Part shown: positions 1 through 9,065 of the stretch, in pieces
How the letters are laid out: each line of letters begins with the position of its first letter
Numbering within the stretch: position 1 is the first letter of the stretch
Origin: an uncultured delta proteobacterium
GTDB taxonomy: Bacteria; Desulfobacterota; Desulfomonilia; UBA1062
Assembly (NCBI GenBank): GCA_963752595.1
Contig: CAVVYZ010000030.1
Span: 1 to 64,000 of the forward strand
Length of the DNA stretch: 64,000 bases
Reading direction: 5' to 3'
Made by a program: the position numbers and the translations under genes
The notes under the pieces: generated by a model
Seen by the model: only the letters and a program-made list of their open reading frames with translations
What the model was told of the DNA's origin: nothing
Databases searched by the model: none

Positions 1-894
1 CATAGGCCTGATGAGAATCTGTGAGAGACTGTCGCACAGAATGAGGAAGCCTGCGCCGGCAAGCATCGAGGCAGGCAGCAGGAAGGAATGGTCGGCGCTG
101 AAGAGCCTTCGGGCAAAGTGCGGGACGACAAGGCCGATGAAGGCGATGACCCCGGAAATAGCCACGCAGACTCCGGTAATGAGAGAGGCTGTCAGGAGCA
201 GGATTGCCTTGGCCTTTTTGGCATTCAGGCCCAGATGGTATGACGTCTCGTCTCCCAGAGACAGGAGATTGAGGTCTTTTGCAAAAAATATCAGGCCGAT
301 CATAACGGGAAGGACGGCCGTAAGCATCCGGACAGCACCGGCCGGCGGTGTGCTCAGAGAGCCCATGAGCCACAGGATGGAGGCATGGACCTCGCGGGAT
401 GAGGCGATGGTGAAGACGAACATCACGGCCGAGGAGAAGATAAAGCTCATGATAATTCCCGAGAGGATGAGCATGCTGTTCGTGAAGTTCTTCACGTGTG
501 CGGCGCCGAGGACTACCCCTATGCTCAGGCAGCATCCGGTAAAGCAGATCAGTATCATGGGGAGGCCGCTGATCCCGAAGAGAATGGCGATCGTTGCACC
601 CAGCGCCCCGCCGCCGGAGACGCCAAGGGTGTAGGGTTCGGCAAGCGGGTTTCTCAAGATGGCCTGGAAGATGACCCCGCATGTTGCGAGTGCTGCACCG
701 ACGATACCTGCCGTGAAGATCCTTGGAAGCCTGAGCTCCCAGATGAGGGTATGGGCCGTCCCGCCGGCAGCAGGGTGTAAGAGGGCCGTGACAACCTGAT
801 CGTAAGGAATCGGTGCCCCCCCTGAAAAAAGGCCGAGCACGACTGAACATATGCAGAAGAGAAAGAGAAGGAGAAGAAGCAGGCCCCGGTTCAC
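1..894 (-). CDS. FecCD/BtuC-family ABC transporter permease (partial, runs off window start)
   Basis: Manual translation from GTG at 894 (GTGA overlap with upstream stop): ...LIWELRLPRIFTAGIVGAALATCGVIFQAILRNPLAEPYTLGVSGG..., the FecCD/BtuC signature. Not in the ORF track because its stop lies outside the window. Confidence 0.9.
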   Translation of the reverse strand, partial: MNRGLLLLLLFLFCICSVVLGLFSGGAPIPYDQVVTALLHPAAGGTAHTLIWELRLPRIFTAGIVGAALATCGVIFQAILRNPLAEPYTLGVSGGGALGATIAILFGISGLPMILICFTGCCLSIGVVLGAAHVKNFTNSMLILSGIIMSFIFSSAVMFVFTIASSREVHASILWLMGSLSTPPAGAVRMLTAVLPVMIGLIFFAKDLNLLSLGDETSYHLGLNAKKAKAILLLTASLITGVCVAISGVIAFIGLVVPHFARRLFSADHSFLLPASMLAGAGFLILCDSLSQILIRPM

Positions 895-1751
895 ATCACC
901 CCCGGATGGAGACGTTCCGCCACAGCCTGAAAGGCCTTGATGAACATGCCCGGGGTGGGCTGGCAGACCAGATCCCCGCTGATGTAATAAACTCTGCCGT
1001 TTTTCACGGCGCTGATGCCTTTGAAAGGTTCCCAGAAAAGGTTTGGCGCCTGCTGTTTTTCCATGTTTGTGACAATAAAGATGACATCGGGGTTTCCCGT
1101 AACCACGGATTCGATATTGATCCTTGGATATTTCGCACGGAGCCGTCCGAAGATGTTGTTACAACCGGCAAGGCCGATCAGCTCTCCGGTAAATGTTCTA
1201 TCGCTTGCCGTCACCAGGGGGTTTGTCCCCATCTGCCAGAAAACCTTGAGCCTCGGCCGGCTTATGATTCTGGCGCGTGCCTCATCGAGCTCTTTCCGGA
1301 CGCCCGAGATGATGTTTTGCGATTCCTGTTCCTTTCCCAGGAGCCTGCCCAGATGCCCGAACTCACGGCACATGCATGCAAAGGATTCGCAGCCCTCGAA
1401 TATCTCGACCTTCATGCCGAGCTTCTGCAGCTTCTCGATATCGTTTTTCTTGTTGCAATCAGTGCTTGCAAGGATGAGGTCGGGCTTCAGGGAGCAGATC
1501 TTTTCGAAATTCAGGAGCGTGAGCGATCCGATGATTTCCTTTTGCTGTGCATACGGGGGGCAGAAACTCGTAATCCCGATGAGCCTGTCCTGCTGGTTAA
1601 GGTCATAAATCTGCCGGGTGAGCGATGGAGCGAGCGATATGATCCGGCTGGGAATGCCGAAAGCTGTGCAGGGCATGCAGAAAAGGAAGATAACTGCAAG
1701 GATGCCCGAATGCCTGAATATCGTGTGCATGGTAAAATATCTTTCATTCAC
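891..1751 (-). CDS. ABC transporter substrate-binding protein, BtuF-like (cobalamin/iron-chelate)
   Basis: Signal peptide, RIISLAPSLT, NFEKICSLKPDLIL, YPRINIESVVTGNPDVIF, QPTP; adjacent to permease. Confidence 0.85.
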   Translation of the reverse strand: MNERYFTMHTIFRHSGILAVIFLFCMPCTAFGIPSRIISLAPSLTRQIYDLNQQDRLIGITSFCPPYAQQKEIIGSLTLLNFEKICSLKPDLILASTDCNKKNDIEKLQKLGMKVEIFEGCESFACMCREFGHLGRLLGKEQESQNIISGVRKELDEARARIISRPRLKVFWQMGTNPLVTASDRTFTGELIGLAGCNNIFGRLRAKYPRINIESVVTGNPDVIFIVTNMEKQQAPNLFWEPFKGISAVKNGRVYYISGDLVCQPTPGMFIKAFQAVAERLHPGVM

Positions 1752-1816
1752 TAGAGTATGGAGATCATCCTAATCACAGAATGAAGGACCGGACAAGGGC
1801 CTTCAATCAGACGATT

Positions 1817-1834
1817 CCCGCTGCTTGCAGCGGG
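1817..1834. terminator. GC-rich hairpin CCCGCTGC-TT-GCAGCGGG (terminator or REP-like palindrome)
   Basis: Perfect 8-bp inverted repeat in the intergenic gap. Confidence 0.5.
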
Positions 1835-1868
1835 CTTTCCTTAAGGGATACTTCCCAGTCTACCGGCT

Positions 1869-3317
1869 TTACCTTTGACGGTACTTCCTCCCGAAGATAT
1901 TTCTTATGGCACGGAAGCGGTCTCTTCCCACAGATGCCTTCTTCGCTGTAGAGATAAAGCACCCGCCACCCGAGGATCCCCCGGAGGATTCGCTTCCTGT
2001 TGTGAATGACCACGTAAAATCCTCGGTGCCTAAGGAAACCCCGAGGGTGTCCTTGATGTCCTTGCTCAAGGTCGCGGTGTAGGCGGTGGACCTCGCAAGT
2101 CCGTTTGAAGGCGTGAACGTCGCGGTGTTATTGCTGTAGGTGACCGTGCCGGTTACCTGTCCGGAGCCGCTGCTCAAGACAAAGGTCGAGTTCGTGATGG
2201 TAGATGCATCCATTACGGCGTTAAAGTCGGCAGCGACTTCCGTATCGATGAGAACTTCTTCTTCACCACCGGCAGGCTGTTTGGCGCATATCAAAGGCCG
2301 GCCCGGCCCTTCCGGATCATAGCTCATGATGAAACCGCTGCCGGCTGTTGCATCCCCTACTACAAAGATGTTGCGGATGGAACCCCCATAAATGCCGCGT
2401 AACGGAGGGACCGGTGCACCGGGGAGAGTCATTGCGATAAGATCCGACTGAGAAGACCAGCTCGTGCCGTCAAAGAAAAATATGATCCCCTGTCCCAGTG
2501 ATTCTCCCACTGCATACATGCTGCAATGGGAAGTACCCCAGACAGCGGTGAACGTGGCAGTCAGCGGGGCATTGCTCTGCATCCTCAGCCAGGTTTCGCC
2601 GTTGTACCAGAGGATAACGCCTTCATCCCCAACGGCAAACACACTGCGCGGCGAGGTCCCCCAGACGCTGTTCAGATTGCTTTGCATACCGCTTGCCTGC
2701 GGCTTCCAGCTCTGCCCGTCAAAGTGGAGAATAGTGCCTTGATCACCCACGACAAAGATGTCATTCGGAGAGGCTCCCCATACCCCTCTCAGGTTCTGAT
2801 TCCCTTCATCGCGAGAGATCCAGTCCGTACCGTTGAAGGAGAGAATTCTCCCCAGCGTTCCTACAGCATACACCCGTGTCGTTGACCCGGAAACATGCCC
2901 CCAGACATCTTGGAGATCGCGGGCTACTGCTCCACCGACATTAACGGGTAACCAGTCTTGCCCATCATAATGCGAAACCTTATTGGTATCCCCGACTGAA
3001 AAGACGTTATTTATGGCGCCGCCCCATACGGCATTGAGATTTAAATTGGTTCCACTATCCTGTGTTGTCCGGTTAGTGCCGTTCGAGGACGTAACGATGG
3101 TTCCGTTATCCCCTACACAGAATATTCTGAGCGATACTGCTGGCGGAGGCGTCTGGGTGACCGATGCCGCAACCCAGACATCGTTAAGATTTCTGATTGT
3201 TGAAGAACTTTCCTGAATCCAGCTCTGGCCAAAGGCTGCAGAGGTGAGAGAAAAGGAAAGGATAAAAAGTACGATAATTCGATATATTGTATCAGAGAAT
3301 AATCTCATGAGTCTCAA
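1869..3317 (-). CDS. Secreted 7-repeat beta-propeller protein with Ig-like domain and CFI-box C-terminal motif
   Basis: Signal peptide; seven ~40-aa repeats LxxVWG-x5-(V/I)FAVGDxGxILxFDGxxW; Ig-like segment (FNAVMDASTIT...ATFTPSNGL...YTATL...WSFTT); SSGGGCFISTA tail. Confidence 0.75.
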   Translation of the reverse strand: MRLMRLFSDTIYRIIVLFILSFSLTSAAFGQSWIQESSSTIRNLNDVWVAASVTQTPPPAVSLRIFCVGDNGTIVTSSNGTNRTTQDSGTNLNLNAVWGGAINNVFSVGDTNKVSHYDGQDWLPVNVGGAVARDLQDVWGHVSGSTTRVYAVGTLGRILSFNGTDWISRDEGNQNLRGVWGASPNDIFVVGDQGTILHFDGQSWKPQASGMQSNLNSVWGTSPRSVFAVGDEGVILWYNGETWLRMQSNAPLTATFTAVWGTSHCSMYAVGESLGQGIIFFFDGTSWSSQSDLIAMTLPGAPVPPLRGIYGGSIRNIFVVGDATAGSGFIMSYDPEGPGRPLICAKQPAGGEEEVLIDTEVAADFNAVMDASTITNSTFVLSSGSGQVTGTVTYSNNTATFTPSNGLARSTAYTATLSKDIKDTLGVSLGTEDFTWSFTTGSESSGGSSGGGCFISTAKKASVGRDRFRAIRNIFGRKYRQR

Positions 3318-3464
3318 GCTCCTCTGCTCCGGATTTCAGGAGTGTACCACTTCATGATTCACTGGGTGCGGTGACCTAATAGAAATAATTTATTATATTT
3401 TTTTATATGTGTCAAAAGAGAATGATTTGCCCGGCATCCTGAATACTTCCTGCCTGTGCCGGGG

Positions 3465-4991
3465 CTATCTGTTCTTAATGGTGAGCTCGTCCCCGGGATG
3501 GATATCCGCCGTGGGGCTCAGCTTGTTCCATTTCATGAGTTGGTCGGCTGTTACCTCGAACCGGCGGGATATGCTCCAGATGGTATCGCCCTTCTTGACC
3601 GTGTACTGCATCTGCCGGGGGGGAGAAGGGTCGTTTTTTTTCGGCGGTATCTTCAGCACCATCTTGGGCTTGATGCGTTTCGGATTCTTGATTCCGTTTG
3701 CATCCATGAGATCATCCAAACTCACCCCGTAATGGCGGGAGATGGCCTTTAATGTCTCTCCCTTGGCTACGATATGGGTATGCTTACCGGGTTCCTTTTC
3801 TTTCTTTGCGGCCTTGGGGATGATCAGTTCCTGGCCGATCGAGATATCTTCGTCTTCCTTCATCCTGTTCGCATTTTTAATTTCTTTCACGGACAGGGAG
3901 TTGGCCTTTGCTATGCGGTACAGCGTTTCGCCTTTTTCAACGATATGCGTGGTGCCTTTTGGTTTACGGGTGCTCAATGTTTCAATATATTCGGAGACGG
4001 CGTCTGCTGTTCCTCTGGGGACCTTTATTTCATGCCCCTTTTCGGAAGGAGGCGTGCACTGCCTGATAAGATCGCTATTCATCAGCGCGATCTGCTTATT
4101 GGGAATTTTCAGGAGATCTGCGATATCGTCAAGATAGGTGAAGCTCGGCACCCGGACGGTATCATATGCAAGGGTTGAGGACTTCCCCCCTTCGGATTCA
4201 TCCAGCCCGTAGTATGCCCTGTTCTTAGCAAGCACGATGGTGGCGATGAGCTTTGGAATGTAATCCAGGGTTTCATGCTTGATGGGCATGTGATGGGAGA
4301 TGTCCCAGAAGGTATCTATCTCAGGGTGGTCTTTCATGATCCTGTAGAGGTTGCCTTCTCCGGCATTGTAGGCAGCCCCTGCCAGGAGCCAGTCGTTAAA
4401 GATGGCATAGAGATTCTTCAGATATTTGGCAGCTGCATGGGTTGACTTCATGAGATCCCTTCGCTCATCCACCCAGCTGTTGATCACGAGTTTGTAATTC
4501 TTTGCGGTATCTGCCGTGAACTGCCAGTAGCCGGTTGCCCCGGAGGGAGATATGGCATTCGGCCTCCCGCCGCTTTCAATCATGCAGATATACACCAGGT
4601 CCTTCGGGATCCCGTAGCCTTCTAAGATCTTCTCCATGGTCGGGCGCAGAGTGTCAAAACCGGCAAGGGTGCTGCGGAAATATTTCTTATCGGGTCCTGT
4701 AAAGCGCTTGATCCACCATTGGATCCGGTTGTTCATCTCAAAATCGATATCGTGCAGGGCATTCTGCTCCAACGGCGAAACCTGTTTCTGTATTTCTGCA
4801 GGATCTTCCGCCGGAGTCTGAGTTTCGGTTTCCACGTTCTCGATTTGTGCTGTTGTTTGGGTTACGATATTTAAATCAATGACTGGATCGATAGGCTTAA
4901 ATAGTGCCGGTTTATTCATCTCTGAGGAGAAGCACGACGGCGGGGGGATTTCCTGCGGGGTATATGAACAACCGATGATGAGCCCTAGCAT
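3465..4991 (-). CDS. mltD: Membrane-bound lytic murein transglycosylase D-like (SLT domain plus LysM repeats)
   Basis: IESGG, ATGYWQF, AYNAGEG SLT motifs; three C-terminal LysM repeats; lipobox LIIGC. True start probably ATG 5020, with a 1-nt indel in the signal peptide. Confidence 0.85.
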   Translation of the reverse strand: MLGLIIGCSYTPQEIPPPSCFSSEMNKPALFKPIDPVIDLNIVTQTTAQIENVETETQTPAEDPAEIQKQVSPLEQNALHDIDFEMNNRIQWWIKRFTGPDKKYFRSTLAGFDTLRPTMEKILEGYGIPKDLVYICMIESGGRPNAISPSGATGYWQFTADTAKNYKLVINSWVDERRDLMKSTHAAAKYLKNLYAIFNDWLLAGAAYNAGEGNLYRIMKDHPEIDTFWDISHHMPIKHETLDYIPKLIATIVLAKNRAYYGLDESEGGKSSTLAYDTVRVPSFTYLDDIADLLKIPNKQIALMNSDLIRQCTPPSEKGHEIKVPRGTADAVSEYIETLSTRKPKGTTHIVEKGETLYRIAKANSLSVKEIKNANRMKEDEDISIGQELIIPKAAKKEKEPGKHTHIVAKGETLKAISRHYGVSLDDLMDANGIKNPKRIKPKMVLKIPPKKNDPSPPRQMQYTVKKGDTIWSISRRFEVTADQLMKWNKLSPTADIHPGDELTIKNR

Positions 4992-5167
4992 AGCAAGGAT
5001 AAATATACCCTAGATATCATCACCTTATAGTAACCCCAACCCCGGATAACAATAAATTTTACCTTGAAATGATGAAACCTTCAACCTTTTTTTTCATCTA
5101 AAATATCGATGTAGTTATTACCGATACTTGACGAAGATGGATTGAGCGATATAAAGGAGATGAACAT

Positions 5168-6025
5168 ATGAATCTTCCAGTAGTTCAACACCATAACGTA
5201 ACGGAACTGATCAGCCGGTTCGAGGCGTTTCCTGTCCTGAGCAAGGACGAGGAATACGATCTTGCCATGAGGCTGAAAGAGTTTAACGACATTGATGCGG
5301 CTCACAGGCTCGTTACCTCGAACCTGAGGAATGTGGTACGCATAGCCATGGACTACGCAGGATACGGGCTGCCGTTAGAAGATATCGTCCAGGAAGGCAC
5401 CATAGGCCTGATGGTTGCGGTCAGGAAGTTTGACCCTCACAAGGGGTACAGGCTCATGACGTATGCCGTCTGGTGGGTCAAGGCCATGATTCACGATTAC
5501 ATCCTCAAGTTCTATTCTCAGGTCAAGCTTGGTACCACAAAGCTGCAGAAACGCCTGTTCTACGGGCTCAACAAGCTCTCGGCAGAAGAAGACGTCGTGG
5601 ACGGGAATTTAAACGAGCGTACCCAGGCCATTTCTGCCCGTCTCGATGCAGATCCGCAGCAGGTGGAGGAAATCATCACGAGGCTTACCTATCGTGACCA
5701 GTCCTTGGACAGCCCGCTCGCAGATGACAGCGAAGCCAGTTTCATGGACCTCCTGGCAGACGGCCAATCAAACCCTGAAGACAAGGTAATGGAGTCCGAG
5801 AGGTCTGTGTATGTCAATGACCGCATCAAGCAGGCACTTTCTAAATTGTCCGACCGCGAGCAGGACATTGCACGGCAGAGGCTCATGGCAGACAATCCGC
5901 AGACGCTTGAAGATCTCGGCAGGCAGTACAATATCTCAAAAGAACGGATACGGCAGATCGAGAACAACGTGAAAAACAAGCTCCGGAAAGCCCTTGAGGG
6001 CGAGATGGACGCGATGGAACAATAA
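5168..6025 (+). CDS. rpoH: RNA polymerase sigma-32 factor
   Basis: LVTSNLRNVV, DIVQEGTIGLM, TYAVWWVKA, RpoH box QKRLFYGL, ISKERIRQIE; SD AAGGAG. Confidence 0.9.
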   Translation: MNLPVVQHHNVTELISRFEAFPVLSKDEEYDLAMRLKEFNDIDAAHRLVTSNLRNVVRIAMDYAGYGLPLEDIVQEGTIGLMVAVRKFDPHKGYRLMTYAVWWVKAMIHDYILKFYSQVKLGTTKLQKRLFYGLNKLSAEEDVVDGNLNERTQAISARLDADPQQVEEIITRLTYRDQSLDSPLADDSEASFMDLLADGQSNPEDKVMESERSVYVNDRIKQALSKLSDREQDIARQRLMADNPQTLEDLGRQYNISKERIRQIENNVKNKLRKALEGEMDAMEQ

Positions 6026-6041
6026 CAGGGGCTTGATAGCG

Positions 6042-6473
6042 ATGGCTTACCAGAGGAGACCCCCATTACGCGACATCCTGGACCTGCAGGACAGGATGAA
6101 CAGGGTATTCGAAGAAAGCTTGCGAGACCGGGTCCCCGGCCAGTGCAACCCGCCTGTGGACGTGTTCGAAGACGACGAAGCCTTATACATAAAGGCGGAG
6201 CTCCCCGGGGTCAGACGGGAAGATGTCATCCTGGACTTCTCTGACGGGGTGGTCACTATAAGCGGCAAAAAGACATTTATCCACGACAACCAGAATGAGA
6301 GCTTTCACATGATCGAGAGGCAGTACGGTTCATTCAGGAGGAGATTCAGCATATCCCAGCCTGTGGACATCAGTGCGGTTCAGGCCAAGCTGGAATCCGG
6401 GGTGCTCGAGATCATGTTCCCCAAGATCAAGGATACCACGACCCGCAGGATACCCATCAGCGAGAAGCGATGA
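6042..6473 (+). CDS. Hsp20/alpha-crystallin small heat-shock protein
   Basis: PPVDVFED, AELPGV, ERQYGSFRRRF, AKLESGVLEI; directly follows rpoH. Confidence 0.9.
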   Translation: MAYQRRPPLRDILDLQDRMNRVFEESLRDRVPGQCNPPVDVFEDDEALYIKAELPGVRREDVILDFSDGVVTISGKKTFIHDNQNESFHMIERQYGSFRRRFSISQPVDISAVQAKLESGVLEIMFPKIKDTTTRRIPISEKR

Positions 6474-7005
6474 GGTACACATCCAGGTTAAGCCGGTAGT
6501 CCCTGTATCCTTTAGAAAAATGTCCGCTCTCCTGAAACAACGGATGGGCGACGGGTGCGGGTGCTCCTGCCTGAAAATAGTAAAAACGGCCCGGTGAGGA
6601 AATGGCGCTCAAGACAGCATCCGGGAGGTTTTCGAAGGGCGAGAAAGACCGGGACATCAATGCCGGGAAGGGCCCGACAGACTGTTTCAGCGGATCTGCC
6701 TCGATCACCTCGATATCCTGAAGGCCAAGCATGTCGATTACATGGCGCAGGAAGATGCATTTTTTCAGGCTTCGTTCGATGAGGAAGACGGTTGATCCGG
6801 GGTTCATGATCTTGTAGGGGAAGGCCAGGAAGCCCGATCCTGTCCCCAGGTCGCCGATCGCAGGTTCGGACACGTGCCCGAGGAGGTTCATGGTATCGCT
6901 GATCTGCTCTTCCAGGGTTTTTTCCATGGCGGAGCTTACAAGGTGAAGCCTTTTATTGTAGCGCCTTACCTCGTTGATCCATGTCCTGATCAATTCTTCC
7001 ATCAC
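6457..7005 (-). CDS. rsmG: 16S rRNA m7G527 methyltransferase
   Basis: YNKRLHLVS, DLGTGSGF SAM motif, IERSLKKCIFL; directly after mnmE. Confidence 0.8.
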   Translation of the reverse strand: MMEELIRTWINEVRRYNKRLHLVSSAMEKTLEEQISDTMNLLGHVSEPAIGDLGTGSGFLAFPYKIMNPGSTVFLIERSLKKCIFLRHVIDMLGLQDIEVIEADPLKQSVGPFPALMSRSFSPFENLPDAVLSAISSPGRFYYFQAGAPAPVAHPLFQESGHFSKGYRDYRLNLDVYLIASR

Positions 7006-8318
7006 TTCCCCACGCAGAATTTCGAGAAAATGTGGTCCAGAATGTCCGGAGCCGTGTTTCCCCCCGTAATCTCCTGGATATACAGTACTGCAGTATTGAG
7101 ATCAATGGCCAGTGCGTCGGGCGTCATGCGGCCTTGCGCCTCTTTCAGACAGTTCGCCAGGCATTCCCTGGTCCTGGCAAGCAGGTATGCATGCCGCTCG
7201 ATGAACACCTTGGGAAGGTCCTGCGGGAATGAACCTGCCATGGTATCCATGAGCTCGCTTATACCTTGATTATACTTCGCAGATACCCAGACGGTATCGG
7301 GCCGGCCGGTACCCGGGAATCCCTGCTCGATGAGGTCTGTCTTGTTCATAACTATGATGGTCTTTTCTCCCAGGGAAAGCCATTGCTCTTCTTCCGGTGT
7401 CAATCCCCTGCCGGCATCCACCACATAGAGCACGAGATGGGATTTTTTCAGGATCTCGATGGTTTTTTGAACCCCTATCTGCTCCGGGCCCGATGATGTC
7501 TCCCGGATGCCTGCGGTATCATGGAAAACAAAGTCTATGCCCGAGATGAGGAGGTGTTCCCGTATGATGTCACGGGTCGTGCCGCTTTCATGATGGACAA
7601 TCGCCCGGGGGTACCCGAGAATGGCATTGAAGAGCGATGACTTGCCCGCGTTGGGGAGGCCTGCAATGGTGGTGATGATGCCGGAATAGAGACGTGCAGC
7701 GCCTTCCGCACCGTCGAGGAGCGAATCGAGATTGTGAATCAAGGGGGTCAAGGCAAGGGAGATGGAGTCACTCTCGGCCTCCATCTCATCGATGATGAAC
7801 GATGCTTCGATATCGGAAAGTATCTTCAGCAGTTCGCTGCGGATCTTCTGAAGCTTGCCTGAGAGCCCGCCTTCGAGGAGCGAGTTTGCCATTTCAATGC
7901 CGGCGGTGCTCCCGGCACTGATGAGCGCGCCTACTGCTTCCGCCTGTGCCAGATCTATCTTGCCGTTGAGGTAGGCCCTTTTGGTAAACTCGCCGTTTTC
8001 CGCACTCCGCGCAAGGCCGGTTGCCCTGATAATTTCCATGAGTTCATCGACGAGCACAGGGTTTCCATGGCAGCTTATCTCTGCAAGGTCCTCTCCTGTA
8101 TAGGATTGTGGGGCAGGGTGAAAAACGACCATTGCCCTTTCCACGTCCCGGCCGTCAAGGTCCCGGACCCGGCAGGGCTTTTGAATATGGGCAGGCCAGA
8201 CTGCTTGCGGCGTGATCCGTTTGAGGATCGATAACGTCTCACCGCCGCTCACGCGGATGGTGCTGATGCCTCCGCGCCCTCTGGGCGTGGATTCGGCATA
8301 GATGGTATCTGCTAGTAT
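7002..8318 (-). CDS. mnmE: tRNA modification GTPase
   Basis: DTIYAESTPRGRGGISTIRVSG N-terminus lies upstream of the GTG at 8252; SYTGED, GLPNAGKSS, GTTRD, DTAG, NKTD, C-terminal FCVGK. Start codon uncertain. Confidence 0.95.
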   Translation of the reverse strand: MLADTIYAESTPRGRGGISTIRVSGGETLSILKRITPQAVWPAHIQKPCRVRDLDGRDVERAMVVFHPAPQSYTGEDLAEISCHGNPVLVDELMEIIRATGLARSAENGEFTKRAYLNGKIDLAQAEAVGALISAGSTAGIEMANSLLEGGLSGKLQKIRSELLKILSDIEASFIIDEMEAESDSISLALTPLIHNLDSLLDGAEGAARLYSGIITTIAGLPNAGKSSLFNAILGYPRAIVHHESGTTRDIIREHLLISGIDFVFHDTAGIRETSSGPEQIGVQKTIEILKKSHLVLYVVDAGRGLTPEEEQWLSLGEKTIIVMNKTDLIEQGFPGTGRPDTVWVSAKYNQGISELMDTMAGSFPQDLPKVFIERHAYLLARTRECLANCLKEAQGRMTPDALAIDLNTAVLYIQEITGGNTAPDILDHIFSKFCVGK

Positions 8319-9052
8319 TTCGATGCCTTCCTCGGGAGGATGACCACCTTCTTGTAAATGCCGTCTCCTATGCTCTTGGTGTTCACCCTGGCGTCATTTT
8401 TCAATGTAAGGTGGATGATGCGCCTGTCATACGGGTTCATTTTTTCCAGAGACACGGACTGCCCCGTACGTTTGACCTTCTGGCCCATCTTGATGGCCAC
8501 GGACCGCAAGTGGTCCATATGTCTTTGCCGGTACCCCTCGGTATCGATGGTGATGTAGAGGGGTTCCTCCCGGTTTTTATTCAGAATCCGATTGGTGATG
8601 AACTGCAGGGAATCGATGGTGGCCCCGTGCTTTCCGATGAGCAGCCCGGATCCGTCTCCCACGATCTCAATCATGCTGTCTTCCCGTATCCTGACTTCAG
8701 CGGACATGTTCATGAACTTCAGAATATCCGTCACGACCTGGCAGGCCTTCTCGAGCGATTCACGGGGTATCTGCTGGGGCTGTTGCGAAGCTTCCTCAGA
8801 AGAAGAGGAAAGGGAAGAAGCTGGGGTTTCCTCTTCTTCGTATGTTTCCTGGGGAGACTCTTCCTTTTCCTTTCTGCCCGGACGTGCGAGGATTTTTGCA
8901 GACTTTGTTCCCACGAGCCCGAAGAGGCCTTTGGACCCTTCGGAAATGACCTGAATATCGAGACTTTCGAAATCCGACCGGAATGTCCTCATTGCCGCAA
9001 CGATTGCTTCATCCACAGTCTTTGCTTCAAATTCTCTGTAGTCTTCTTCCAT
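8312..9052 (-). CDS. jag: RNA-binding protein Jag/KhpB (Jag_N, KH, R3H)
   Basis: AKTVDEAI, KGLFGLVG, LIGKHGATIDSLQ, MNPYDRRIIH. Confidence 0.93.
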   Translation of the reverse strand: MEEDYREFEAKTVDEAIVAAMRTFRSDFESLDIQVISEGSKGLFGLVGTKSAKILARPGRKEKEESPQETYEEEETPASSLSSSSEEASQQPQQIPRESLEKACQVVTDILKFMNMSAEVRIREDSMIEIVGDGSGLLIGKHGATIDSLQFITNRILNKNREEPLYITIDTEGYRQRHMDHLRSVAIKMGQKVKRTGQSVSLEKMNPYDRRIIHLTLKNDARVNTKSIGDGIYKKVVILPRKASKY

Positions 9053-9065
9053 GTTTTGGCGTCTC

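Noticed and set aside
11-1754. Long plus-strand ORFs (207 aa and 313 aa)
   Set aside because: Antisense shadows of the clearly recognisable permease and binding-protein genes; no motifs
1752-1868. Cobalamin riboswitch upstream of btuF-like gene
   Set aside because: Gap is only 117 bp and I could not see a B12-box consensus
4992-5167. CIRCE or sigma-32 promoter upstream of rpoH
   Set aside because: No TTAGCACTC-N9-GAGTGCTAA; CTTGAAA is present but there is no convincing -10 element
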